Source of the DNA: Candidatus Omnitrophota bacterium
Lineage (GTDB): Bacteria; Omnitrophota; Omnitrophia; Omnitrophales; Aquincolibacteriaceae
DNA length: 64,000 bases
Reading direction: 5' to 3'
Assembly: GCA_903884815.1 (NCBI GenBank)
Contig: CAISGE010000004.1
Span: 5,136-69,135 of the forward strand
Of the stretch, positions 10,516-20,442 are shown in pieces. Numbering within the stretch: position 1 is the stretch's first letter; each line of letters begins with the position of its first letter. The notes beneath the pieces were generated by a model that was not told the origin of the DNA, made no database searches, and worked only from the letters and a program-made list of their open reading frames with translations. A program made the position numbers and the translations under genes.

Positions 10516-11796
10516 TCATGAACCTTTAATAAATAGGATTTTAGTGATCTCGCGCTGCATTTTTTCAGGCACAGGACCGATCAGCGAAAGATTCAAGTTC
10601 CCGGTCCGAAAGATCTTCTGCGAAAGCTGCTGAATATCCTCGAGCGTCGCGGCCTCAATCTCGCGACGAATTTCTGCCTTATCCGGAAGCTCTCCCCCGC
10701 AAAGAGCCTTCTCCCCGGCCCAAAGCAGATGGTCCAGAGTATCTTCCACGCCCATCGAGACCTGGCTCATAAAATAATCCTTCGCGCGACGGAGTTCCCC
10801 GGGTTTCACGAAACTTTCCCGGACCTTCGCTAGTTCTCTCAAGATGACTTCCACGGCGCGCACGGACTTTTTCGTCTCCACTCCCGCGGAAACCGTAAAG
10901 GCTCCCGCATCCTGATAGCCCGAGATCCCGGATTTGATCTCATAGGCGAGCCCCCTCTTTTCGCGTACTTCCTCGAAAAGGCGGCTGGACATATTGGCAC
11001 CGAGCATCACATGGAGAAGTCCCAGTTTGTAGCGATCCGGATGCATTCGCGGCAAGGCGTGAAGGCCGATCACCAGATGGGTCTGCTCGGTTGTCTTCTC
11101 ATAGTAATGAGTTCGCGGCTTCGTCTGCTCACTTTTCGCCGGCGTGAAACGGGAAGCCTTTTTCTGCGGCTTTGTTCCGTAGATCGCGGCAACTCGCTCC
11201 AAGACTTCATCGTGGACCACATCCCCTGACACCGAGACCAGGATATTGCTTGTGTGATAATAATCTCTCTTATAACCCACGATCTCCGAACGCGTCATCC
11301 GCGACACCGTCTCCGCCGTTCCGGCTATGGTGCGACCCAGCGACTGGTCGGGCCACAACAGCTCTCCCATCAGCTCATGCACATGATGCGACGGGAGATC
11401 ACGATACATCTTGATCTCTTCCAGGATCACGGTCCGCTCTTTCGCGAGTTCCGCGGGCGGCACCGTCGAGTGAAGCACAATATCGGAAAGGACCTCAAGA
11501 GCCCGGGGATAATACTGCTTCAGGAGCTTCGCGAAATAGCAGGTGGCTTCCTCTCCGGTAAAAGCATTCAGGATCCCGCCCACGCCCTCGATCTCTTCTT
11601 TGATCTGGCGCGTGTTCCGGGTGGGGGTTCCTTTGAACATCATATGTTCGAGAAAATGCGAGATCCCGGAGATCTTCTTGGGTTCATAACGCCCGCCGGC
11701 TTTGACCCAAATAGCCACTGCGGCAGACTCCCGGTTCACCATGGGAACCGTCAGTACTCGCAGCCCATTTTCTAAAGTTGTCAGTTGATAATTCAT
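10516..11796 (-). CDS. M16 family (insulinase-type) zinc peptidase
   Basis: Inverted zincin motif HFLEHMMFKGT (HxxEH). Length of about 426 aa. Confidence 0.85.
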   Translation of the reverse strand: MNYQLTTLENGLRVLTVPMVNRESAAVAIWVKAGGRYEPKKISGISHFLEHMMFKGTPTRNTRQIKEEIEGVGGILNAFTGEEATCYFAKLLKQYYPRALEVLSDIVLHSTVPPAELAKERTVILEEIKMYRDLPSHHVHELMGELLWPDQSLGRTIAGTAETVSRMTRSEIVGYKRDYYHTSNILVSVSGDVVHDEVLERVAAIYGTKPQKKASRFTPAKSEQTKPRTHYYEKTTEQTHLVIGLHALPRMHPDRYKLGLLHVMLGANMSSRLFEEVREKRGLAYEIKSGISGYQDAGAFTVSAGVETKKSVRAVEVILRELAKVRESFVKPGELRRAKDYFMSQVSMGVEDTLDHLLWAGEKALCGGELPDKAEIRREIEAATLEDIQQLSQKIFRTGNLNLSLIGPVPEKMQREITKILFIKGS

Positions 11797-11800
11797 GATT

Positions 11801-12223
11801 TCACCTTTGTGAGTTCGCGATCGTGCTGTCTAAATAATTCTGTAAGATCCGCTGCGCCGCGAGTTGGTCGATCATTTCTTTACGCCTCTCCCGGCGGACA
11901 TCGGCGTCGATCATCATCCGGTCCACTTCCTTGGACGAAAGCCTCTCATCCCACATCACCATCGGCACCGCAATGCGCGACTGGAACCACTCCACTTCCA
12001 GGACCCGCTTCTTCGCCGCGATCCCCATCTCCCCCTTGAGAGTGATGGGGAGTCCGACCACGACTTTCTCGGCCTTATGCTCCTGTATCAATTTCAGGAT
12101 CTGGGCCAAAACCTGCTCACGTCCCCGCACTTCGATCGTCTTCACCGGAAACGCGATGGTGGTACCCGCGGGAACGAACGCGACACCGATCCGCTTCTCC
12201 CCGAGGTCCAGGCCGAGCAGCGC
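11801..12223 (-). CDS. ruvX: Holliday junction resolvase-like RuvX/YqgF
   Basis: MSGALLGLDLGEKRIGVAFV...RVLEVEWFQ...DERLSS matches YqgF. The 262-aa track ORF carries a spurious GC-rich N-extension overlapping trpA. The true ATG is at 12221-12223. Confidence 0.8.
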   Translation of the reverse strand, partial: ALLGLDLGEKRIGVAFVPAGTTIAFPVKTIEVRGREQVLAQILKLIQEHKAEKVVVGLPITLKGEMGIAAKKRVLEVEWFQSRIAVPMVMWDERLSSKEVDRMMIDADVRRERRKEMIDQLAAQRILQNYLDSTIANSQR

Positions 12224-12228
12224 GCCGC

Positions 12229-13017
12229 TCATACGCCGTGCACGGCTTGCGACATCTTCTGAATGAACCGCTCCGCCGCGCTCACGCCACGCTTCAAATG
12301 CTCGATCACCGCGCTCCCGACGATCACCCCATCGGCCATACGGGAAATATCCCGCGCCTGTTCCGGGGTGGAGATCCCGAACCCGGCCAAAACGGGTTTT
12401 GTTGTCATACGCTTTAACTTCAAAAGATGCGCCTTTAGATCCGCGGGCAAAGCCTTGCGCGTGCCCGTCACCCCTCGAAGCGAGACATAATAGACGAAAC
12501 CTTGCGACTTCCCTACAAGCATCTTCGCCCTGGGATCCGCGGTCGTCGGCGCGACAAGCTGGACAAAATGAAGCTTCTGTTTCCGGCACTCGGACTGGAA
12601 CTCCGTTTCTTCTTCGGGCGGCAGATCCGGAATGATAAGACCGTCGAGACCCGCGCTTCTCGCGTCGCGGGCAAAGGCCTTAGTTCCATAAGAAAAGACA
12701 GGATTGATATAGCCGAAGAAAACGATCGGAAGCTTGCAACCCTTTTTCCGGAGGCGCGTTACAACGTCGAAGGCGTCCTTGATCGAGACGTTTTTCTTAA
12801 GCGCCTGCTGGGAAGAAAACTGTATCGTCGGTCCGTCGGCCAAGGGATCCGAAAAAGGAAATCCCAGTTCCAGGATATCCACTCCGGCTGCGGCCGACGA
12901 AAGGATCAACCGCTCCGTCGCGGCAATACTCGGGTAGCCCAAAGTCAGAAAGACACAGAAAAGCTTTCTTTTTTGACGCTTGGCCTGCTTTATTTTTTCA
13001 GACAGTAAATTTTTCAT
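12229..13017 (-). CDS. trpA: tryptophan synthase alpha chain
   Basis: LTLGYPSIAATERLILSSAAAGVDILELGFPFSDPLADGPTIQ. Confidence 0.9.
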   Translation of the reverse strand: MKNLLSEKIKQAKRQKRKLFCVFLTLGYPSIAATERLILSSAAAGVDILELGFPFSDPLADGPTIQFSSQQALKKNVSIKDAFDVVTRLRKKGCKLPIVFFGYINPVFSYGTKAFARDARSAGLDGLIIPDLPPEEETEFQSECRKQKLHFVQLVAPTTADPRAKMLVGKSQGFVYYVSLRGVTGTRKALPADLKAHLLKLKRMTTKPVLAGFGISTPEQARDISRMADGVIVGSAVIEHLKRGVSAAERFIQKMSQAVHGV

Positions 13018-13025
13018 TTGTCGTC

Positions 13026-14207
13026 TCAGAGATACTGCTGCACAGTGTGAATATCTTTATCGCCCCGGCCTGAAATACAAACGATGACAATATCGTTTTT
13101 CTTGGTCTTCGGCATGAGTTTTGGAAGATACCCAAGCGCGTGCGAAGGCTCAAGCGCCGGCATGATCCCCTCGAGCTTCGTCAACACCTCAAAACCTTTA
13201 AGCGCGTCGCCATCCGTCACGGCATAATAGGACACGCGCCCCGAGTCCTTCAGATAAGCGTGCTCCGGTCCCACCGAAGGATAGTCCAGGCCCGCGGAGA
13301 TCGAATGCGCGAGCAGGACCTGCCCATTCTTGTCCTGAAGCAAATAACTTTTCATCCCATGCAAGATGCCGGGCCGACCTTTTGTGATGGAAGCCGCGTG
13401 ATGCGGCGTCGAGACGCCCTCACCGGCGGCTTCGATCCCGACGATACGCACGCTCCGGTCTTTGAGAAAAGGATGAAAGAACCCCATCGAATTACTGCCG
13501 CCGCCGACGCAGGCGATCAGATAATTGGGAAGCCTCCCCGCTTGTTTCACGATCTGCCGGCGCGTCTCCTTGCCGATCACGGATTGGAATTCCCGGACCA
13601 TCTCCGGATAAGGATGCGGCCCCACGACTGAGCCCAAAAGATAATGCGTATCCTCCACGTTCGTGACCCAGTCGCGAATGGCTTCATTGGTCGCGTCCTT
13701 TAGGGTCTTCGAACCCGAATGGACCGGCCGCACTTCCGCGCCAAGCAGTTTCATCTTGTACACATTCAGTGCCTGGCGCTCGATATCAACCGCGCCCATA
13801 TACACCACGCACTTGAGCCCGAACACGCAGGCGGCGGTAGCAGTTGCGACGCCATGCTGCCCCGCGCCGGTCTCCGCAACGAGTCGCGTTTTCCCGAGCC
13901 GCTTGGCCAAAAGTCCCTGAGCGAGCGTGCTATTGATCTTATGCGCCCCGGTATGAAGAAGATCTTCGCGCTTGAGAAAGATCCTTCCCCTGCCGAATTT
14001 CGCCGAAAGGTTCTTGGCCTCATAAAGAGCCGTCGGACGCCCCGCGTAAGATTCGAGGTAATAACGGAGCTCCTCATGAAACTTCTTATCGCGTTTGATC
14101 TTCCGATAGGCTGCAGTCAATTCCTCGCACGCCTTGACCAAGGTCTCAGGGACATAACGCCCCCCATAAGGGCCGAAATGCCCTTTCACGTCAGGAAGCT
14201 GACTCAT
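13026..14207 (-). CDS. trpB: tryptophan synthase beta chain
   Basis: [30 protein letters not shown] (PLP-lysine region), GGGSNSMG. The start is set at MSQLP, with a GGAGG 7 nt upstream of ATG at 14205-14207. Confidence 0.9.
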   Translation of the reverse strand: MSQLPDVKGHFGPYGGRYVPETLVKACEELTAAYRKIKRDKKFHEELRYYLESYAGRPTALYEAKNLSAKFGRGRIFLKREDLLHTGAHKINSTLAQGLLAKRLGKTRLVAETGAGQHGVATATAACVFGLKCVVYMGAVDIERQALNVYKMKLLGAEVRPVHSGSKTLKDATNEAIRDWVTNVEDTHYLLGSVVGPHPYPEMVREFQSVIGKETRRQIVKQAGRLPNYLIACVGGGSNSMGFFHPFLKDRSVRIVGIEAAGEGVSTPHHAASITKGRPGILHGMKSYLLQDKNGQVLLAHSISAGLDYPSVGPEHAYLKDSGRVSYYAVTDGDALKGFEVLTKLEGIMPALEPSHALGYLPKLMPKTKKNDIVIVCISGRGDKDIHTVQQYL

Positions 14208-14959
14208 ACCTTCACCTCCGCAATATCGGACTCCCGAACCCATCCGCTCTCCCCGTTCGTCAGAAGCACCCGGCTCCAATCCTCACGCCGGTCCACCACA
14301 AACACCTTGATGCCTTCGCCCATTTTAAACGCAACCTGGTCATGTTCTGAGGGACCGAAACGCGCTTCGCATTCTTTCTGCATCACGATCGCATCCCGGA
14401 TCACATTACTCTGCACCTGTTTCCCGACGCCCACAAGCACGACGAGAAGGAGAACGAAAAAAACAAACCGCTGCCAGGGATTCCAGAAAACACCGCGCCC
14501 TCTCAGAAAATAAAGGATCCCTCCCAAGAGAAAAACAAAAAGAACTGACAGCACTCCCACATAGATCTCACGCTCCGTCGCATACTTCAGAACCGCCTCG
14601 GTCGCCTTCAGATACCAATTGCGCGAATCTTCCACGCGATACTCGAGAAGCCCTTGCGTGTGGCGGAGATTTTCCCGGATATCCGCGTTCCGCGGGTCCA
14701 GTCTCAACGCCTTTTCATAGCTCAGGATCGCCTGACTATATTTCCCGAGCCGCACGTAAGCGTTGGCCAGATCATAATGGAATGCCGCAACACGCGGGGT
14801 CTTTTCGATCAGCGATTCATAAAGTCCGGCCGCTTTCGCGTAATCCCCGGTCCGGTAACTGGTGTTCGCGTCTTCAAAAAGTTTCGCCGCGTCCGCCGCC
14901 GTGCAGAACGAGGGCACCAAACACAACGCGATCAGTAAAAACCCGGCGATCCGTTTCAT
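14204..14959 (-). CDS. TPR-repeat membrane protein with C-terminal SH3b-like domain (BatE-like)
   Basis: Signal peptide, TPR repeats ([14 protein letters not shown]...), TM helices, and a C-terminal [19 protein letters not shown] (SH3b-like). A 4-nt overlap with the upstream BatD-like gene. Confidence 0.6.
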   Translation of the reverse strand: MKRIAGFLLIALCLVPSFCTAADAAKLFEDANTSYRTGDYAKAAGLYESLIEKTPRVAAFHYDLANAYVRLGKYSQAILSYEKALRLDPRNADIRENLRHTQGLLEYRVEDSRNWYLKATEAVLKYATEREIYVGVLSVLFVFLLGGILYFLRGRGVFWNPWQRFVFFVLLLVVLVGVGKQVQSNVIRDAIVMQKECEARFGPSEHDQVAFKMGEGIKVFVVDRREDWSRVLLTNGESGWVRESDIAEVKV

Positions 14960-16857
14960 CTCCGCATCCTTTCGATCCGGTTCACGGTATCCTGGAAGAT
15001 CTTGAGCCCGATCTTCTTCGAAGCTTGGGGGATCGAGCCCTTTCCAAAACGGGATTCGTCACACAAGCGATACAGTTCGAACACGTCCTTGAGATGCGCG
15101 TCACCGGCACCGAAATGCGCGGTAAGCGTGCTTTCCAGATCCTGGCGCGTCACGCCGTAGGCCGAAAGATCCCATTTGTCCGCGACATAATGGGTCATGG
15201 CCTTCTCCAGTTCCACAAAAAAGGCCGCGACATCCTGATCCTTCGAGGAGCGCGCGAGCCTTTTAAGTTTATGCATGGAGGCCGAGGCGGCTGACCGCGC
15301 GGTCTTACGGCGGCGAAGGGCCGTGTCTTTTGAGAAAAGCCGATCCTGCCGGTCCTTCATCCACAAAATAAGGAGGAGGACCCCGAGGAGGAGATCCACT
15401 CCGGCAAGGATTTTGTAGATCTTATCCACGATCCCGGCCTGAAAAACCTCGGGAAGTCTTTCGTCAATATAGCGGATGTCTTGGCCTTCCGACTTGACCT
15501 TTTTCTGAAAGATCGAATTCCCCGACAACTCCTTCGGCATCTGAAAAGCTTGCTCCGAATGCTCCACTGTGATCGGGAAATTCGGAGTCTGCAGCGTCAC
15601 GTACTTTTCCTGACGCGGATCAAAGTAGCTGAACTCCAAAGGCGGGATAAAGGAACTGCCCTCCTCTTTAGGAATAAAAACCGTCTCAAAACTCTTCGTG
15701 CCCCCGACCACATTTTCGGTCTGGTAGAGTTTTGAATTGGTATCGGCGTCGTACGTCTTGAAGCCCGTCAGTGCCGGGATCTTGGGGCGAGTGATCGTTT
15801 CAATATTGCCTTCCCCTTCAATGACCATCTTGAGCGTTACCGGCTCATTCTGCTTGACCTTGTCTTTATCTACCGAAGCAGACAAACGAAAAGATCCCAC
15901 AGCTCCCTGAAAACCGGCAGGCTTCCCATTTTCGGGCAGGGGTTTCACGACCAACTGGATCGGCGGAGGGTTAAGCAACTTGTTCTGACGACGCGCGAAA
16001 AAAGAACCTCCCGTAAAAAAACTGTCACTAAAAAATTCATCGAAGGCGTTGTTGCCCTGCGGCTCTTCCCGGATCGAGACTTTGAGGCTTCCGGGCTGGA
16101 TCGTATAATTCCCGGGCGCGGTCGGAAAGAGCGCGAGTTTTTTCACGTCAGCCCGGATGTAACGCTTTCCGTTCATGCGGACATTTTCCCTTGGAACTTC
16201 CCGGTCCATCGGAAATTCCTCGATCCAGAACCCGCTTGTTTCCGGCTCCTTTTCAAAACCTTCGTAGCGCGTGTCATACCGGGTGTAGAGGGAGTAGGTC
16301 AGAAGCATCTGCTGGTTCTGATAAAGGGTCGTCCGGTCGACGGTGGCCTGCACGAAAATATTGTCATCTGTGCCCGGAGATACGGAAACCGTCTCATCCT
16401 GCGGCGCCTGAGGCGGCATTGGTGCGTTCACAGGAAGGGGTTGCGTCGGCACTTGGGGACTTGCCGGTTGCGCCTGACCGCCGGTGATGTCGAGCGTCAC
16501 CGCCTCGGTGCTAAGCATGCTTTGACCTACCGGGATCTCGAAAGGCCCAAGGACACAGTGCCCGGCCCTCTGAGGGATCAGGGTATAACTGAACTCAACA
16601 TTGGAAGAAGATACTCCGTTCACGAATGCGATGTGGGATGCGCGCCCGGTGTAATACGCATCAAAACCATCGAGTTTGGGAAGCCGCGGCGCCTGAAGAT
16701 TCATGGCCTGGCCGTTCACGCGGATATTGAGCCGGATCTCTTCCCCCACCTGGGCCGTATTCTTATTCACGGAAGCAGATACACGGACTTCCTCGGCCTG
16801 AAGGGTAGGGACAGAAATACCCAGAATGAGTGCTGCGATGATTAGGATTTTTTTCAT
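14956..16857 (-). CDS. BatD-like (oxygen-tolerance family) secreted and C-terminally membrane-anchored protein
   Basis: Signal peptide MKKILIIAALILGISVPTLQA, a long beta-rich ectodomain and a C-terminal TM (LLLGVLLLILWM). This is the typical BatD layout. The family assignment is from architecture only. Confidence 0.5.
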   Translation of the reverse strand: MKKILIIAALILGISVPTLQAEEVRVSASVNKNTAQVGEEIRLNIRVNGQAMNLQAPRLPKLDGFDAYYTGRASHIAFVNGVSSSNVEFSYTLIPQRAGHCVLGPFEIPVGQSMLSTEAVTLDITGGQAQPASPQVPTQPLPVNAPMPPQAPQDETVSVSPGTDDNIFVQATVDRTTLYQNQQMLLTYSLYTRYDTRYEGFEKEPETSGFWIEEFPMDREVPRENVRMNGKRYIRADVKKLALFPTAPGNYTIQPGSLKVSIREEPQGNNAFDEFFSDSFFTGGSFFARRQNKLLNPPPIQLVVKPLPENGKPAGFQGAVGSFRLSASVDKDKVKQNEPVTLKMVIEGEGNIETITRPKIPALTGFKTYDADTNSKLYQTENVVGGTKSFETVFIPKEEGSSFIPPLEFSYFDPRQEKYVTLQTPNFPITVEHSEQAFQMPKELSGNSIFQKKVKSEGQDIRYIDERLPEVFQAGIVDKIYKILAGVDLLLGVLLLILWMKDRQDRLFSKDTALRRRKTARSAASASMHKLKRLARSSKDQDVAAFFVELEKAMTHYVADKWDLSAYGVTRQDLESTLTAHFGAGDAHLKDVFELYRLCDESRFGKGSIPQASKKIGLKIFQDTVNRIERMRR

Positions 16858-16890
16858 AGTAGTGTCACAAGAGGCGGTATTGTATAGGAA

Positions 16891-17826
16891 TCACAACACA
16901 ATTTCAAACAACGAGTTAAGCGCGGAACGTTTGTCGGAAATCCTTTGAAGGAGACGGTCGAGTTCAGCGGTCGTCTTGACCCGGGCATGCAACTCAAAGC
17001 CCGGCTCTTCGAAGCCCTGAACGGGCTCCAGGCGAAGTTCCTTGGCATCCCGGAGAATATCGGCCCGGCGTTCCTCGAACGCCTCAAGGTATTGAGAGTA
17101 CCCGGGAAAACGAAGCCGCTTGATCGCGGCAAAAAGCCGGTCCGCCTTTGTCCTCGGATCCATGCCCCGCACGTCGAGAGCCTCCAAGACCTTGTTTTCC
17201 GCAAGAATCGTCTCAAGATTTTTCCCCGTGCCCCGGATAAGATCGGCCAGCCATTCCCCGGCCTGAAGTAGTTGGGAGCTGGTGAGCTTGGCCTTGCCGC
17301 AGATCTTTCGGGCGAAGCAGATCTGATCGGCCTTAGAGAACTTCAGGAGAAACGTCATCGCTCGAAGCGGCAAATGCCCATCGGCCACGAGATCCTTCAC
17401 CGGCGCCGGGCATTGATCGATCTTCTGATAAAATTCCAGCAAGTCCTTGTCACCCGGAAGCCCCAAGATCGGCATGATCACGCGAAGCGTGTCGGCCTCG
17501 GAAAAATGAAGCTCACGAACCGCCATTGCCAGCGCCAGCGCACGGTCGATCTCGGGAAAATTCTGTTTCCAATTCGTGGCAAGGCTCAGGAGAAAAGAAT
17601 CCCGCCGATCCATCGCTTTCACGGCGAACACCGGAACGGTCTTCATTTTCAGAGCTCTCGCCGCATGAAGACGCTTGTGTCCCGCGATCACGGTGGGACG
17701 GTCCCCCGCCGTTACCAAGATCGGCATCATCATTCCGGCGCGTTTGATCGACGCCTGAAGAAAATTATCCGCCAGGCGGTACCGGTAGCAAAACGCACCG
17801 TCTTTTCGTATCTTCTGAACCGCCAT
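16891..17826 (-). CDS. ParB/Srx-like N-terminal domain protein
   Basis: ILVTAGDRPTVIAGHKRLHAARALKMKTVPVFAV resembles the ParB N-domain box (GxxRxxAA). The start is uncertain. The track ORF start at 17895 would read through a perfect hairpin. Confidence 0.5.
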   Translation of the reverse strand: MAVQKIRKDGAFCYRYRLADNFLQASIKRAGMMMPILVTAGDRPTVIAGHKRLHAARALKMKTVPVFAVKAMDRRDSFLLSLATNWKQNFPEIDRALALAMAVRELHFSEADTLRVIMPILGLPGDKDLLEFYQKIDQCPAPVKDLVADGHLPLRAMTFLLKFSKADQICFARKICGKAKLTSSQLLQAGEWLADLIRGTGKNLETILAENKVLEALDVRGMDPRTKADRLFAAIKRLRFPGYSQYLEAFEERRADILRDAKELRLEPVQGFEEPGFELHARVKTTAELDRLLQRISDKRSALNSLFEIVL

Positions 17827-17827
17827 T

Positions 17828-17865
17828 CCACCTACGAGGTGTGACATATCACACCTCGTAGGTGG
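17828..17865. repeat. perfect 17-bp stem / 4-nt loop palindrome
   Basis: CCACCTACGAGGTGTGA-CATA-TCACACCTCGTAGGTGG, between the TPR-zincin gene stop (17874) and the likely ParB-like start. Confidence 0.7.
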
Positions 17866-17873
17866 GATCGGGT

Positions 17874-19067
17874 TTACTTGAGTGTGGCGAGCCATTCTTT
17901 CTCCAACTGAGCGGTCGAGATCAGGAGCACTTCCTCGATCGCCTGCTCGACGGGTTTCCCCTCTTTGATCTTGATGAGGATCTCTTTGATGCGGTACATC
18001 TGATATCGGTCGACCATGTAGCTGACCAGTTTAAAAACCTGCTGGTAAAAGAGCGCCACTTCAAGCGGGTCCATCTTTTCCACATCCAGATTTTCAGAAA
18101 GTAACCGGTTCATCGACATGAGGGTCTGCGTACGGATCGCCGCGTTAAATACCAGCAAGTCGACCGGCTTAATCTTGTTCTGCTCATACTGCGCCAGCCC
18201 TTCATGAAGCCAAGCAGGAGCCCGCCCGCCGCTCAGAGAAGCCACAAAGGCGTGTGTCATTTCGTGGGTCGCGGCCGAGCGCAAGTCCTGTTCCCGGAAT
18301 CCCTGTTTATAGGCCGGCAAACGGATCTTCCCGTCATACAGCCCTCCCACAAAGTCCTTCTGCCCCGTCACGTCATGGAACAGATCCCCCTCATAAAAAA
18401 GCACCGCCGTCTTGTGATTGAAGTATTGCCCGAAATCCTGAGAGATCTGGCGGTAGGTTTCCTGCAACATACTCTTCAACCAGGAACCCTCGTAGCCTTC
18501 CTCTCCCTTTTGGTATTTGATAATAAAATGCTCTTCGTCATAAGTGTCGAGGTTCTTTTCCACGGCGTTCTCTTTCTGGATCTTCTCGATCTTCTCACGA
18601 AGCCGCGTCGACGGGCTCACCAGATAGCTGCGTTTGTAATAATATTCCGCCTTCTCGAAATTCTGCTGAAGATTCTCGATCTCCCCAAGAAGTTCAAAAG
18701 CGAGAGCATTGCGCGGCTCAAGCGCGATCGACTCATTCAGTGCATCCCGCGCGAGCTCAAACTCATTCTTTTCAAAGAACTTCACGGCATCGTTATAAAG
18801 CTCGATCGCCATGGGGGTCATGGGGGCCTTGCCGTCCCGGGACGCGTAGAAGCGATCGATGTCGATCTTCTGCTGACGTTCCACGGACTCCTTGCCGTGA
18901 TCGTTATCGTTTGTTGCCGCGTGTGAGATAGCGCAAAGAGCAAAGCTCAAAGCGAAAAACGCAGGAACGCTCAGTAAAACGGGGAATGGGGAACGGGGAA
19001 CGAAAGAACATTTCCCCTGATCAATATTAGTCTGCATCTCGGGCACCATCTTTAGTCGTTGGTCCAT
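17874..19067 (-). CDS. secreted TPR protein with C-terminal MA-type zincin motif (HEMTH...EGLAQ)
   Basis: Signal peptide and TPR repeats (ALEPRNALAFELLGEI, EKAEYYYKRSY). The C-terminus has AATHEMTHAF...WLHEGLAQY, a HExxH plus E motif typical of the Peptidase_MA superfamily. The start is uncertain, at 19037-19067. Confidence 0.6.
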   Translation of the reverse strand: MDQRLKMVPEMQTNIDQGKCSFVPRSPFPVLLSVPAFFALSFALCAISHAATNDNDHGKESVERQQKIDIDRFYASRDGKAPMTPMAIELYNDAVKFFEKNEFELARDALNESIALEPRNALAFELLGEIENLQQNFEKAEYYYKRSYLVSPSTRLREKIEKIQKENAVEKNLDTYDEEHFIIKYQKGEEGYEGSWLKSMLQETYRQISQDFGQYFNHKTAVLFYEGDLFHDVTGQKDFVGGLYDGKIRLPAYKQGFREQDLRSAATHEMTHAFVASLSGGRAPAWLHEGLAQYEQNKIKPVDLLVFNAAIRTQTLMSMNRLLSENLDVEKMDPLEVALFYQQVFKLVSYMVDRYQMYRIKEILIKIKEGKPVEQAIEEVLLISTAQLEKEWLATLK

Positions 19068-20157
19068 CGTTCGGCCATCGCGACGCGCTTGCCGATCGAG
19101 GGATGATCGTAAAAAAACCATTCATACCACGCCGGGGGCTCCGGGTCCGCGAGATTCTGTTCACCGAGCTTTTTCATGCAAGTGATAAAAACATCCCGCG
19201 TCTCAAGGGCCCTCAGTGCGAAAAGATCCGCCGCCCGCTCACGCCTTCGCGAGTAACCGTTCATGAGCGGCGTCAGGATCAGATTCACGATATAAAAGAT
19301 AAGGAACAGGAGTGGCAAACCGGCAACATCGGACGCTGAAGCCAGCCCCACCTTCCCCGCCATGGCTCGAATCCCCCAAAAGCCCGCCGCGAACGCGACG
19401 AGCGAAGCCACAAGCCCGAACCCCAGCAGCCGCCAGACATCCTGGTGTTTGTAATGCCCCAATTCATGAGCCACCACCACCTCCACTTCCGGATGGGTGA
19501 AGTTCTGGATCAAGGTATCACTCAGAACGACACGCTTCGTCCGGCCAAGCCCCATAAACGCGGCATTCGCCTTCTTGGTCGTCTTGCTCAAATTAAGCGA
19601 ATAGACATTCCCGACCGGCATATCAAAGCGCGCGGCAAGAGCCAAAACCTTCGTCTCCAGGTCCTTGTCCTCAAGGCTACCATACTTGTAGAAAAGCGGA
19701 ACGATCAGAACCGGAAATACCTTGCCCAGAACATAGCTGACGAACGCGTAGGCCGCCCAGGCCCAAAGCCACCAATGGGACGGATCGGCGCGAATGATCC
19801 AATAAAGGCATTCCAGGAGAACGAGGGATAACCCGAATGAAAGAAGCGTCTTCTTCCCGAGATCCAAAAGCCACTGGCGGAAATTCTGATTCGAGAGACC
19901 GAACCGGTGCTCCAGCATGAAGCCGGAATAAAAAGAGAGCGGCAAGTCGAATATCAGAAAGAAAAGCGAGAACAGGACAAAATAGATCGCGACCACGCCC
20001 CAGTCGCCAGCACCCACGAGAGCAACGGCATTCTGCCGCATCCCGAACGTCCATCCGCTCGCGATCAATATTCCAAGCAGCGCCGGCGTCAGAACGAGCT
20101 GGAACAGGCTGAGCCTTCGATGGATGAGCTGGTATTCACGAGCTTTATTTTCCATAG
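19052..20157 (-). CDS. M48 family zinc metalloprotease (HtpX/Ste24-like), multi-TM
   Basis: VVAHELGHYKHQD HExxH in the context of several TM helices. The start is set at MENKAREY (ATG about 20155). The 407-aa track ORF has an N-extension. Confidence 0.85.
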
Positions 20158-20215
20158 ACGGCTCTTTCCATGTCACACCTATTTGAACAACCGAATGTAC
20201 GTAGCCGATCGTAAG

Positions 20216-20308
20216 TAATAGGTAGTATGTAGTAGGTAGAAAATCCGTCTTTCGTTTCCCGTTACAACCTACCATCTACTACCTATCACCTACCACATAC
20301 CACCTACC
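20216..20308. repeat. tacc/ggta-rich imperfect inverted repeat in the 285-bp region upstream of the M48 protease gene
   Basis: Left arm TAGGTAGTATGTAGTAGGTAG. The right arm CTACCATCTACTACCTATCACCTACCACATACCACCTACC is its imperfect complement. The mismatches become G-U pairs in the minus-sense RNA. Confidence 0.4.
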
Positions 20309-20442
20309 GTTTTTCGTCGAACTCCGTCATGACCCCAAAATGATCCGAGGGGAAAACACCCGCGGGAGACGGCTGATTAAAAACAACAGCGGACGACTTG
20401 ATCTTCTCAAGCGGCCCGGTCCGCTCCTTAATAAAAATGTAA

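Noticed and set aside
11801-12589. 262-aa ORF fusing ruvX to a GC-rich N-terminal extension. There are similar extensions on trpB (to 14279), the M48 protease (to 20275), the SPOR genes and the ParB-like gene.
   Set aside because: The extensions overlap the preceding gene and have non-protein-like composition. Internal ATGs with RBS or family-consistent N-termini were used instead.
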